Positions 18,544 to 27,166 of a stretch of 28,455 nt of DNA are shown in pieces (the first letter of the stretch is position 1; each line of letters begins with the position of its first letter). The notes under the pieces were generated by a model. It worked only from the letters and a program-made list of their open reading frames with translations, made no database searches and was not told the DNA's origin. The position numbers and the translations under genes are program-made. The stretch comes from a virus (lineage: Duplodnaviria > Caudoviricetes), in IMG/VR virus record IMGVR_UViG_3300016478_000116, positions 1-28,455 of that record; one strand, given 5' to 3'.

Positions 18544-18828
18544 TTACACCAGTACCAGCAGTTTTGCGTTCAGCTGGTTTTCGAGCCAGCCGTCTTTCAA
18601 CAGCTTGCGGGTTTTGCCCGGCTCAATGACCCAGCCGGAACTCGGCTGACGCAGGGAGGACTTGGCTGCGTTACTCACGCTGACCAGGGTGTCCTCGTCA
18701 CCCTCCTGGGCACCGGACTGCTCCGGGTCCTGGTTGGTAACTTCAGCAGGTTCCTGCTCGATAGCAGGTGCCTGGTCCTTCAATTCTTCAGCCGCCGGGG
18801 CCTGGTCTTGCGGTTTGCCTTTAGCCAT
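18544..18828 (-). CDS. Small hypothetical virion-associated protein
   Basis: 94 aa with an AGGAG RBS; acidic low-complexity N-half containing duplicated DQAPA; abuts the next gene. Confidence 0.7.
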   Translation of the reverse strand: MAKGKPQDQAPAAEELKDQAPAIEQEPAEVTNQDPEQSGAQEGDEDTLVSVSNAAKSSLRQPSSGWVIEPGKTRKLLKDGWLENQLNAKLLVLV

Positions 18829-18842
18829 CTTCAGCTCCTACG

Positions 18843-18866
18843 AAGGGGCGGCCGGAGCCGCCCCTT
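18843..18866 (-). terminator. Stem-loop after the major capsid gene
   Basis: AAGGGGCGGC-TCCG-GCCGCCCCTT on the minus strand: 10-bp stem with a UNCG loop, 6 nt after the capsid stop; short U-tract. Confidence 0.65.
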
Positions 18867-18872
18867 GCTGGG

Positions 18873-20057
18873 TTACGCCTTTTCCAGGCTCACGACGGAC
18901 CAGGCCTCGTCGTACAGACGGGAAGCCATCTCGCCGTAGTCGACGCGGAAGCCGGTCGCTTTGCGCATCACGTACTCTTCGATCGCGTCGTACGAAGCCG
19001 ACACGTTGACGAAGCGCTGGATGGCGTAGCGAGCGTCCAGGCCGACCATGATGCCGGCGCCAAACACGTCAGCATCGAACGGCACCATCTTCGGCTCGGT
19101 GATGCCCAGGTTCAGGCCGCCGAACGGAGCGCGGATCTTCGAGGCGTCCACACCAGTGACTTGCGGCAGCAGAGCAGCATCGACATCCAGGGCGGTGTCG
19201 ATGTTGGTCAGGACGTGGCCGATGTTGGCGACGTTCTGCTTGCTGTGCAGCCACTTGATGTAGGCACGCTTGGTGATCACGCCGTTGGCGGTGATGCTGG
19301 AGTCGAAGGTGCCGATCTTGGTCACCGGCAGCGCGGCGATGCCGGTGTCCAGGTCGCCCTGAACCATCGACTTGATCTGCTCCTTGACGCGGCGGATGCG
19401 GTCGCCACGGCTCTGGGCTTCCATCACGACACGCACCAGGTCAATGGTGGTGGCCTGCATGGCTTCGTCGGAGATCATCAGACCAATCGAGTTGGTCGGG
19501 ATGCGGTACGACTTGTCACCAGTGGTGATGGAGACCAGGGTCTCCGGCTCAGCCAGCTGAGCGATACGGCCGCTGCGGCTGCCTTCCGGAGCAGTAGCGT
19601 CGATGATCGGCTGATCGGCCTTGGTGCCGTTGATGTTGCGACTGACCGCGACCAACTCTTCCCAGATGCTCAGGATGTCGCTGCCGTCATCACGGAGCGC
19701 CTGAGCGTTCATGGTTTCGAGGATCAGCTGCGGGTACAGCAGACGAGCGCCCAGGCTGTTGTCGCTGCCGTCCGGGCGGCGGAAGCCGTCGGCCAGCGGG
19801 GCGGCAATCAGATCCTGCAGGGTCATCGCCGGCATGCCGAACTTCTTGCCGTCGAACAGGCCGGAGTTGGCATACATCTGGTCCAGGGGATCGCCCATGC
19901 TGTAGTCAGCATCAGCAGCCAGGTGCTTCGCGTACTGGCGCAGGGTCATGCCCTTCTCAGCCGCGTGCTTGTAGGCCTCCACGGTCACGGTGATGTCCTT
20001 GAGGACTTTCTCACCCTTCTCGTTCTTGGCCCAGTATTGGAGCTTAAACGGTTTCAT
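18873..20057 (-). CDS. Major capsid protein
   Basis: 394 aa with very strong codon bias; follows protease and decoration genes and is followed by a hairpin. Call rests on position and size. Confidence 0.88.
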   Translation of the reverse strand: MKPFKLQYWAKNEKGEKVLKDITVTVEAYKHAAEKGMTLRQYAKHLAADADYSMGDPLDQMYANSGLFDGKKFGMPAMTLQDLIAAPLADGFRRPDGSDNSLGARLLYPQLILETMNAQALRDDGSDILSIWEELVAVSRNINGTKADQPIIDATAPEGSRSGRIAQLAEPETLVSITTGDKSYRIPTNSIGLMISDEAMQATTIDLVRVVMEAQSRGDRIRRVKEQIKSMVQGDLDTGIAALPVTKIGTFDSSITANGVITKRAYIKWLHSKQNVANIGHVLTNIDTALDVDAALLPQVTGVDASKIRAPFGGLNLGITEPKMVPFDADVFGAGIMVGLDARYAIQRFVNVSASYDAIEEYVMRKATGFRVDYGEMASRLYDEAWSVVSLEKA

Positions 20058-20114
20058 ACGCAGGTTCCCTTATTTATGGGTGCGATTGTGCCTGTAAATA
20101 CAGGTCGGCGCCAG

Positions 20115-20570
20115 TTACAGAAGTTCCAGAATGACTTCGGTGCCTGCGGCGCCGCTGCCATTGAGGGCCAGGATTCGCCACAGGTGGCGGCTCGGGGTGC
20201 CGGTCTTGACCTGCGGCAGACCCTTGGTACCGATAGCGAGCTGGGCGTCAGCGACGACCAGGTCGTTCAGGGCGGCAGCAGTTGCTCCCTGGTTGGCGCC
20301 GATCTGGGCCTTCACGCGGCAGCCGCGGTTGCAACGAGCAACGCCGCCGAACGAGTAGCCGCCGTTGGTGGCCGAATCGACGCTGTCGACGAAGCCTTCG
20401 ATCTCGTTGCCTTCCGCGCACAGCACGTGGTTGGAGTTCGGGCCGAGCTTAACGGCCTTCTTCACGTCCTGGTCGGTGAGCTTTGCCGCCGGGCTTGCGC
20501 CCAGGCGGGACGAGATCACGTTCAGCCGCTCAGGGCTGTGAGTGAGCAGATTGAATGCAAAATCAGCCAT
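20115..20570 (-). CDS. Putative head decoration / cement protein
   Basis: 151 aa, Gly/Ala-rich, between the protease and the capsid gene; DVKKAVKL...CAEGNEIEGFV; AGGAGG RBS. Confidence 0.7.
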   Translation of the reverse strand: MADFAFNLLTHSPERLNVISSRLGASPAAKLTDQDVKKAVKLGPNSNHVLCAEGNEIEGFVDSVDSATNGGYSFGGVARCNRGCRVKAQIGANQGATAAALNDLVVADAQLAIGTKGLPQVKTGTPSRHLWRILALNGSGAAGTEVILELL

Positions 20571-20581
20571 GATCGGCCTCC

Positions 20582-21100
20582 TTACTGGTTGTGTCGGAAC
20601 GACGGGGTGCCGCCCACTTTCGTGGAATCAGCGGTGGGGGTAACCGTGGTCTGACCGATCTTGAATCGGGTGGCCATCTGGGCCTGCAGTTCGTTGAACT
20701 GGGCCACTACCTCGGTGCCGGTTGCCTTGGAAGCCTTGGGCAGGCCAAGGGCGGTCTGCAGGTTGCCGACAGCGACAGAGGCCACGGCCACCAGGGCGGT
20801 GTTCTCGGCGGCCTGGGCTTCCAGCTTCGCGTCGGCGGCTTTCAGCTTCTCGTCAGCTGCTTCCAGCTTGGCTTCAAGGCGGCCGATCTCTTTCATCAGG
20901 GCCAGGGTGTTTGCGGAGGCTTCCGGCTCGTCGCCTTCTTCCTCACCGCCTTCCTGGGAGGCTTCAGACTCAGCGCCCTCTTCCTCTTCGGACTCCTGCT
21001 CCAGGCTGGCCTGGTACAGTTTCAGCTCTTCCGCGGTCAGGACCACACTTGGGTCGGCGCCTGCCGCGATTTGAGCCAGTTTCTCAGCAGAGATGTTCAT
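20582..21100 (-). CDS. Nested in-frame capsid scaffolding protein (lambda Nu3-like arrangement)
   Basis: Internal ATG (MNISAEKLAQ) preceded by GGAGG at 7-nt spacing; followed by an acidic tract and a coiled coil. Confidence 0.7.
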   Translation of the reverse strand: MNISAEKLAQIAAGADPSVVLTAEELKLYQASLEQESEEEEGAESEASQEGGEEEGDEPEASANTLALMKEIGRLEAKLEAADEKLKAADAKLEAQAAENTALVAVASVAVGNLQTALGLPKASKATGTEVVAQFNELQAQMATRFKIGQTTVTPTADSTKVGGTPSFRHNQ

Positions 21101-21970
21101 ATCGAACCTCCGGTTGTCACTGGTGATAGTTACGGAAGCGGCGCTTCCCATGAGATCAGCCAGGGTGGTTACCCCGTCGATCAGCCCGACCTGCAGCCCT
21201 TCCTCTGCGAAGAAGGTCTTGCCTTCGCCCCACTGGTTCCGATCGCTCAGCATCAGGTTGCGACTGCGGGATACGTGATCGAGGAAGAACTTATTGGTCT
21301 TCTCCAGGTTGGCCTGGAGGTACGCAGCAGCTTCCTCGGTGAGTTCCTCATACGGCAGGCCCAGGGCCTTGTATTCGCCGGCGCGGAACACGTGATACTT
21401 GACGCCGGCCTTCTCGGCAGCACCGACCTGGGTGGCCAGGACCAGCAGGGTGCCGATCGAACCAACCTCGGCCATGCGACTGGCGGTGAACTTGCGAGTC
21501 GTGGACGCCAGCCAATAGCCGGCGGAGAACGCATGTGAGTCGGTGTGGCCGTAGACCGGCTTCACGGCGTTCACCCGTCGGATCATGTCAGCTGCTGTGT
21601 CCAGGCCACGAACAACGCCGCCGCCGGTGGCGAAGTCCATGTAGATCTCGTTGATCCCTTGCTCGTTGCCGGCGATCGCCAGGGCGTCGCGGATGGCCTC
21701 GTAGCTGGTCACGTAGCCCGGATACCAGGCGTGCCATGCGGCGTAGGTGTTGGTCAGGGAGCCGTGCACCTTGATGACGGCCTTGTCGCCGAAGCGCTCA
21801 AGTACGGACAGGCCCTTGCGGTCGGTGAGGACGTTGAAGTTCTTGTCGAGCGTCGGCTCGTCTTCGTCGTCGTAGTACGCCAGGTACTCCGGGCCCGTGA
21901 ACTGGGCCTCGTATTTTTCCAGGCTGGCCAGGGCCTCTTCGGTGCCCAGCCAGATATTGAAGCCGTTCAT
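20582..21970 (-). CDS. Prohead protease, S49 family, with C-terminal scaffold region
   Basis: ATGGGVV, AFSAGYWLAS (catalytic Ser), VGSIG and AGEYKALG (Lys). ATG at 21970 has a GGAGAG RBS; the track start at 22123 overlaps the portal gene and is unlikely. Confidence 0.92.
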   Translation of the reverse strand: MNGFNIWLGTEEALASLEKYEAQFTGPEYLAYYDDEDEPTLDKNFNVLTDRKGLSVLERFGDKAVIKVHGSLTNTYAAWHAWYPGYVTSYEAIRDALAIAGNEQGINEIYMDFATGGGVVRGLDTAADMIRRVNAVKPVYGHTDSHAFSAGYWLASTTRKFTASRMAEVGSIGTLLVLATQVGAAEKAGVKYHVFRAGEYKALGLPYEELTEEAAAYLQANLEKTNKFFLDHVSRSRNLMLSDRNQWGEGKTFFAEEGLQVGLIDGVTTLADLMGSAASVTITSDNRRFDMNISAEKLAQIAAGADPSVVLTAEELKLYQASLEQESEEEEGAESEASQEGGEEEGDEPEASANTLALMKEIGRLEAKLEAADEKLKAADAKLEAQAAENTALVAVASVAVGNLQTALGLPKASKATGTEVVAQFNELQAQMATRFKIGQTTVTPTADSTKVGGTPSFRHNQ

Positions 21971-22001
21971 CGTGGGCTCTCCAGGTTGTGGTTCATGGCT
22001 T

Positions 22002-23507
22002 TCACTGGTCCTTGCCTCCGGACTTGGACGGAGTGCTCGGGTTGAGGGCTCGGCCTGTCGAGCTATCACGCTCGCCTTCGTCGCCGGCCTCTTCGTCCTT
22101 CTTCTCGTCAGTGGCCATGCCACCGTTAGGGTTGGCGCCGGCGTAGAACCCAGTTCCGGCCAATTCGGCCACCAAGCCCTGTGGGCGAATACCCAGCTGG
22201 TAGCAGGCTTCTGCGTCGTTGATCAGGCCCAGGCTGAGCTGCTCTAGGACGCGCTTCTGCTTGGTACCCTTGTAGGCTTCCAGTTCCTCCTCCGGGCGGA
22301 GGTTGACCGGCATGAACTCGAAGTAGACGTAGCCCTCGATACCGAGCAGGCGACAGGCCAGGGTGAGCGCACGGCTCATAACCTCTTCCACCGGCGGGCG
22401 AGCGGCCTCTACGACCTTCAGGTAGATCAGGGTCTCGGCGTTGGACAGACCCTGGCCGCCGCTGGCACGCAGACCAGACACGGACGCCGGGGTTTTCAGC
22501 GAGGCGCCGAGCAGGTTGCCCAGCGTGGACAGCATCGGGCTGTAGTCGCTCTTGCTGCCGCCGGTATCCTTGATCTCGTACTCGACGCTGTCGTACGCCA
22601 CCAGGGCGTCTTCCGGCTCGATGTCCTTCAGCGCTGCCTCAACCTGGGCACGCACGGTGTTGAAGTAACCCTGGCGCTTGGCAGGGTCGGCCTTCACGTC
22701 ATCCGGCGCGGCGGCCCACACCTTCTCCGCGATGATCTTGGCCACCAGTCGGCTGTGCCCTGTGCGGTTCACGGCGCGGTGGGTGTCTTCCAGGAACTCG
22801 TTGAAGCTGATGGTGTGGGTCAGACCTGGGCGCAACAGGCTGACGGAGTAGGCTTCGTCAGGGTTGCGGTTGTGCTCGGCGACGAAGACGGTAGGCAGGT
22901 TGAGGTTGATCTCACCGCTGTCCTGTGTCGGATAGCGCCCGCCTTTGCCGTCTGCTTCCCAGACGATGGTCGAGTAACCCACTGGCACCAAGCGCTCGGG
23001 ACCGAAGGTTTTGTCCAGAACCAGCTCTACCCCGCAGCCGCCTGTGCCGATTACATCGATCTGCAGGCTGGTCAGCAGCGACTGCACGCCAGGCTTGTCG
23101 TTGAAACCCTGGCTGTAGTCGTGAAGGGTGCTGAAGCGGTCGACGATCGAGTAGGCCATCGACATCACGCCCAGGTCCATGGCGCCGGCTGAGTTGTAGC
23201 CTGCGATGCGGAACCCGCTGTTGGCAGACAAGGCCACCATTGAGTTGGCCGCGCTGGAGAACAGGCCGTCCTCACGCATCAGTGCACGGATGATCTCATT
23301 GATGTCAGATCGGTTGCGGATCTGCTCAATGGCCTTGGCGGTGTACTGATTTAGGGTGTTGCGGATGCTCTGGCCGCGGTCGAAGTCAGAGCCGGGGCGC
23401 TTGGCGCGTGCCTTACCCGCCAGGTTCTTGCTGGGCAAAATGACCTCTGCCCCAGTGTTCTGGTAGCGGGAGGCTTTACTGCCCGGGGAGCTTCGCTTTG
23501 GCGGCAT
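22002..23507 (-). CDS. Portal protein
   Basis: 501 aa between TerL and the protease; GCGVELVLD, PERLVPV, YFEFMPVNLRPEEE and LGLINDAEA are portal-like; synteny. Confidence 0.85.
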   Translation of the reverse strand: MPPKRSSPGSKASRYQNTGAEVILPSKNLAGKARAKRPGSDFDRGQSIRNTLNQYTAKAIEQIRNRSDINEIIRALMREDGLFSSAANSMVALSANSGFRIAGYNSAGAMDLGVMSMAYSIVDRFSTLHDYSQGFNDKPGVQSLLTSLQIDVIGTGGCGVELVLDKTFGPERLVPVGYSTIVWEADGKGGRYPTQDSGEINLNLPTVFVAEHNRNPDEAYSVSLLRPGLTHTISFNEFLEDTHRAVNRTGHSRLVAKIIAEKVWAAAPDDVKADPAKRQGYFNTVRAQVEAALKDIEPEDALVAYDSVEYEIKDTGGSKSDYSPMLSTLGNLLGASLKTPASVSGLRASGGQGLSNAETLIYLKVVEAARPPVEEVMSRALTLACRLLGIEGYVYFEFMPVNLRPEEELEAYKGTKQKRVLEQLSLGLINDAEACYQLGIRPQGLVAELAGTGFYAGANPNGGMATDEKKDEEAGDEGERDSSTGRALNPSTPSKSGGKDQ

Positions 23508-23542
23508 CGAACTGTATTTACAGGAATACGGGTTTGGGCCCG

Positions 23543-23570
23543 ATTATAGAGAGCACAGATCGCAATGCAA
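23543..23570 (-). promoter_or_regulatory. Candidate sigma70-type promoter for the portal operon
   Basis: TTGCAT-16 nt-TATAAT on the minus strand, about 35 nt upstream of the portal ATG. Confidence 0.5.
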
Positions 23571-23640
23571 AGCGTTATTTGACTCTTGGGTTTTAGTATG
23601 CTTGGTTATATCAAGTAACCCAGAAACTACCGAGGAACTG

Positions 23641-23970
23641 ATGAAGAAGATTTTGTTGCTGGCGGCGTTCGCGGCCCTATCCGGCTGTCAGCCGACCCCT
23701 GAAGACAGGGTCAGAGAGGCCCTGCAAGCCAGCACAGAGATCCTGGTACCGAAGACTGTAGAGCTGCGCCAGGTCAGGGAGCTCATAGATGGCACCATCT
23801 GCGGCAAGCTGTCTCACGAGTCAAGTAAGGGGCGAACCGAGTTCCTGGACTTCTACGTGCTGGCCGGCAAGCTCGAGCTGATTACCGAGGAAGACTACCA
23901 GCCTGGTAAGGAAGGCAAGCGGTGGTTCCACCGAGACACCTGCCTTACCAGCCAACCCGCTCAGAGCTAA
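23641..23970 (+). CDS. Predicted lipoprotein, antisense to the morphogenesis operon
   Basis: MKKILLLAAFAALSG-C: signal peptide with an LSGC lipobox; GAGGA RBS before ATG 23641; 3' end overlaps the TerL stop region. Confidence 0.85.
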   Translation: MKKILLLAAFAALSGCQPTPEDRVREALQASTEILVPKTVELRQVRELIDGTICGKLSHESSKGRTEFLDFYVLAGKLELITEEDYQPGKEGKRWFHRDTCLTSQPAQS

Positions 23971-25711
23971 GCCCTCCCGGAGTTCCGCCTGCGGACTCCC
24001 GATTGCTGCCCACCTTCACCCGGCCAACCATGGGCGGCGCACCGATGATCTCGGCGTTGCCCAGGTCCTCTACCGCCATCGCTGCGATGGTCGAGTAGTT
24101 CAGGGCGTGTACCCAGTGGTCGGTGTCGTCGGTCTTGATGAACCGCTCGACCATATCCCCGTCAGTACCACGCTGGCGGATCTTCTTGGTGGTCTTCAGG
24201 TGGGCGAAGATCTCCTTGGTCAGGTCCTCCTTCACCGGGTAGTGCACTTCCCCGGCGTTGTGCTGAGCCAAGGTCAGCGACAGGGTCTTGGTCCTGTCGG
24301 CGTTGATCACATCCCCCGCAGCACTCTCTGCGATCGGCAGGATGCCTGCCACCCGCTGCACGTAGACCACAGCGGTGATGTTGGGCCTGGCGCCGACCAG
24401 GTTGTTCACCAGGGTGATGTCAGGGCCGGCGTCGATGCACAGGCGAGCCATGCGGTAGTAGTCGAACCGGGCCAGCACCTGCGGCGTAGCCGGGTCGTCA
24501 CGGGTGTTGCGTATCTTCTCGGCCCAGACCACATGCCAGTGTTTACCGACCTTCGCCTTGACGATCAGGTGGCAGGTCTTGCCGATGTCCATGCCGCCCA
24601 CGGTCTGGCAAGTGACGATGTACTGCTGGTAGATCCACAGCTGCACGTCGCTCGTACGCCGGCGGTGCTCGTCGGTCACGATGAAGGTGTTCTCGGCGTC
24701 CGAGTACGGCAAGCCGATAACGAAGTTGTAGAAGTCGCTCTTGAGCGGGTAGTCGCCGATCTGCTTGATGATCGCCGGCGGCGTGTTGTACTTCGGCACG
24801 TCCCAGGGGTAGACCTGGTAGCTGTGGTCCCAGACATCAGGGCGCTTGGCCACCCACTGCCGGCGCTCGGGGTCCAGCAGGCTGTCCTGCAGGTCTTTGC
24901 CGCAGCAGCTGCACTTGATGTAGGCGTCGCGGATTCGGTACCGGGTGTCGCGGATGTCCTCCCGGTTGAACTCCAGCATGCCCTTGTCGAAGCCTGGGAC
25001 AATGAAGTCGTGGAAGAAGTCTGGCAGCACCCAGGTGTGGCAGTGCTTGCACTTCACCATGTAGAAGCGCTGGTCTCCTGCCTGGAACTCAGCATCCACT
25101 CCATAGTCCTCAACGGTTGGCGTGGAGAACTTCATGCGTATGCCGCGGTTGCCCATCTCGTCGACGAGCGAGGCGTGGCGCAGGCGGGAGTTGAGCTTGC
25201 CGAGGACGGCCTCGTTGGAGAAGTCCACCTCGTCGCTGATCACCACCTCAGCCGGTACGGAAATCGCCGAGTTGGCGCCGAACGAGCCAGTGATGTAGAG
25301 GGTGCAGGTGCCGATTTTCTTCTGACTGGCGGAGTTCTGGGCCTTCTGCACCAGGCCGCTGTAGAAGTCGGACTGGTCGATCGCGCTGTCGAACCGGTCC
25401 TTCGAGAATGGCATCGCCATGTCTCGGGTTGGCAGAGTGAAAATCACCCGTGTGTGCTGCATTGTGCCGCACATCGCAAGGGTCTTTTGGACCATCAGCT
25501 CGGACAGGCCGACCTGCGAACACTTGCGCACCCCAATGCGGGAGCGCGTGTCACGGATAATCTCGATCTGGAACTCGTGGTCCTTGAATGACCATTTCCG
25601 GCCATTCGCGTAGCCGTACTTGAGCACGACCTTGTCGAGTTCGCGCAGCCCCTCCTCTCGGTTTAGCTGCATCCGTAGTCGGTTGGATACGGAGCCTGCG
25701 TCTTTGCTCAC
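23945..25711 (-). CDS. Terminase large subunit, lambda GpA-type
   Basis: Walker A variant VRKCSQVGLSE, Walker B VVISDEVD, FSTPT, CKHC and CSCC Cys pairs, nuclease motifs GGMDIG and DTDHW. Confidence 0.93.
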   Translation of the reverse strand: MSKDAGSVSNRLRMQLNREEGLRELDKVVLKYGYANGRKWSFKDHEFQIEIIRDTRSRIGVRKCSQVGLSELMVQKTLAMCGTMQHTRVIFTLPTRDMAMPFSKDRFDSAIDQSDFYSGLVQKAQNSASQKKIGTCTLYITGSFGANSAISVPAEVVISDEVDFSNEAVLGKLNSRLRHASLVDEMGNRGIRMKFSTPTVEDYGVDAEFQAGDQRFYMVKCKHCHTWVLPDFFHDFIVPGFDKGMLEFNREDIRDTRYRIRDAYIKCSCCGKDLQDSLLDPERRQWVAKRPDVWDHSYQVYPWDVPKYNTPPAIIKQIGDYPLKSDFYNFVIGLPYSDAENTFIVTDEHRRRTSDVQLWIYQQYIVTCQTVGGMDIGKTCHLIVKAKVGKHWHVVWAEKIRNTRDDPATPQVLARFDYYRMARLCIDAGPDITLVNNLVGARPNITAVVYVQRVAGILPIAESAAGDVINADRTKTLSLTLAQHNAGEVHYPVKEDLTKEIFAHLKTTKKIRQRGTDGDMVERFIKTDDTDHWVHALNYSTIAAMAVEDLGNAEIIGAPPMVGRVKVGSNRESAGGTPGGLSSERVGW

Positions 25712-25920
25712 GTCGAGATGCGCTCGTCAGGGTTCAGTCTGGTAATCCGCACAGGGATCTCGATGTTCAGCGCCCGCTCAGCTGCATATATCGCCATCAG
25801 TACCACTCGGGCAGCTGCGTCGGCTACAGCGTTCCCGGCGGCATTCCCGGTATCCGCACGCCAGGTACCATCTGGCGTAACGGAGATCGGTAGGAATCCA
25901 AAGAGGGCGAATCTGACCAT
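25708..25920 (-). CDS. Small hypothetical protein coupled to TerL
   Basis: 70 aa; GAAGGA RBS; its stop overlaps the TerL GTG (GTGA). Confidence 0.6.
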   Translation of the reverse strand: MVRFALFGFLPISVTPDGTWRADTGNAAGNAVADAAARVVLMAIYAAERALNIEIPVRITRLNPDERIST

Positions 25921-26086
25921 CGGGTAATCCTTCAGTGCGTTATGCGGCTACGTCTGTGATCTGCCGCCTGCACATAATAGCGATGAGCGGCCTGTATAAA
26001 AAGCCAGTAGTTTGGTCCACCCGTCTCGGATCCCCAGGAACCGCACTCTGTAACGAGAACTTGCCTCAGCAACCTGTGCGGGGCTT

Positions 26087-26614
26087 CTAGTCTCCACCCT
26101 GCTCAATCCGCTCTAGCTCAAGCAAAACCTGCTCCTGCTGCTCGCGGGTTAGGCAGCGTTCCATCACTCGCCGCAAGGCCTCTTCCTGCTTCTGCACCCG
26201 GTCCAGGGTGTAGATCTTCGGCAGGTCTCTCACCATCACCTGTGTCACTTTAAGTGACAGGTTCAAGGCGTCCTTCAGCGGGATGTCGTAGTCCTCGGAG
26301 TTCGCAGTGACCGTGCCGTCGTCGTTGACGATGCGGCGCAGCACTGTGTCCACCAGGCTGATCTGCTGCTTGAACGTCATCAGCACGCTGGCATCTAGGC
26401 CGGCGATCTTCGACACCATGTCCCGCCGGGCAGACGGGGACATGGCCGAGATCAGCGCGAGCTGAACGTCCTCCGGAAGCAGGTCCTGCTTGAGGGCGCC
26501 AATCACGTCCTCAACGGCGCCGGCCAGAGACGGGTCCCTGTCGAACAGGGTCGACTCACCGAGCACACGCAGAGGGTTGATGCCCTCTGGCAGGAACTCC
26601 TTCCGGGCTTCCAT
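26087..26614 (-). CDS. Putative terminase small subunit
   Basis: 175-aa helical protein upstream of TerL with a coiled-coil-like C-terminus; position only, no recognised motif. Confidence 0.5.
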   Translation of the reverse strand: MEARKEFLPEGINPLRVLGESTLFDRDPSLAGAVEDVIGALKQDLLPEDVQLALISAMSPSARRDMVSKIAGLDASVLMTFKQQISLVDTVLRRIVNDDGTVTANSEDYDIPLKDALNLSLKVTQVMVRDLPKIYTLDRVQKQEEALRRVMERCLTREQQEQVLLELERIEQGGD

Positions 26615-26892
26615 CAGGAGCGGACCAGGTTCTTGCTGCAGGTGAAGACCAGGGCGGTACGGGCCGGCACCTGGACGGCGTGGGCCAGGACGCCGCTCTT
26701 CACGGTGCGCGGAGCACGCTTGCGGGCGGTGAACTTGCCGAACTCACGGATGGAGAGGCTGCCGCGCTCGAAGGTGATCTGCTCGATGCCGGCGATCACG
26801 GATTCGACGGTGGCCTTGGCGGCGGTCTTGGAGAGGCCGAGGTCGCTGGCGACGTGGTCGATCAGGTCCTGGCGGGAGGCGGTTTCGGTCAT
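26614..26892 (-). CDS. HU/IHF-family DNA-bending protein
   Basis: RQDLIDHVASDLGLSKTAAKATVESV...LSIREFGKFTARKRAPR...VPARTALVFTCSKNL matches the HU/IHF pattern. Its stop overlaps the next ATG. Confidence 0.92.
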   Translation of the reverse strand: MTETASRQDLIDHVASDLGLSKTAAKATVESVIAGIEQITFERGSLSIREFGKFTARKRAPRTVKSGVLAHAVQVPARTALVFTCSKNLVRS

Positions 26893-27016
26893 TGCTGGAT
26901 TCCTTGGAAGTTGTCGGCGTATGGGTAGCCGTATCTCTGTATTGACGGGCGAAGAATACGGATTTTATGGGGATATGTAAATATGGGTTTCTAGGGGAAT
27001 TTCGGGGATATTGGGG

Positions 27017-27113
27017 GTGACGGGGTGTGTGACGGGGTGGTCCTGGTGGAGGGGTGACGGTGTGGTTGAGGAGGTGAAAGCCAGTAACGGCGGGGTTTAC
27101 GGCGGGGTGAAAG
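27017..27113. repeat. G-rich short direct repeat cluster
   Basis: GTGACGGGGTG at 27017 and 27029, GTGACGG at 27054, ACGGCGGGGT at 27087 and 27099, GGTGAAAG at 27073 and 27106. Confidence 0.8.
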
Positions 27114-27154
27114 GGTGTAAGAGTATAAGGGGCTTAGGAAATTGGTAAATTTTT

Positions 27155-27166
27155 GGGCGCGGACCT
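27155..27166. other. Candidate cohesive end (cosN-like 12-mer)
   Basis: GGGCGCGGACCT matches lambda GGGCGGCGACCT at 10 of 12 positions, and lies upstream of the terminase genes in a phage with a GpA-type TerL. Confidence 0.6.

Noticed and set aside
19161-20654. 497-aa + strand ORF
   Set aside because: Antisense shadow of the strongly codon-biased capsid and decoration genes; no recognisable protein features.
21971-22123. N-terminal extension of the protease ORF in the track
   Set aside because: Overlaps the portal 3' end and is low-complexity; a better RBS precedes ATG 21970.
23579-23612. TTGACT as the -35 element of the lipoprotein promoter
   Set aside because: No acceptable -10 at 16-18 nt spacing, so the promoter was left uncalled.
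24107-25591. 494-aa + strand ORF
   Set aside because: Antisense shadow of terL caused by high GC at third codon positions.
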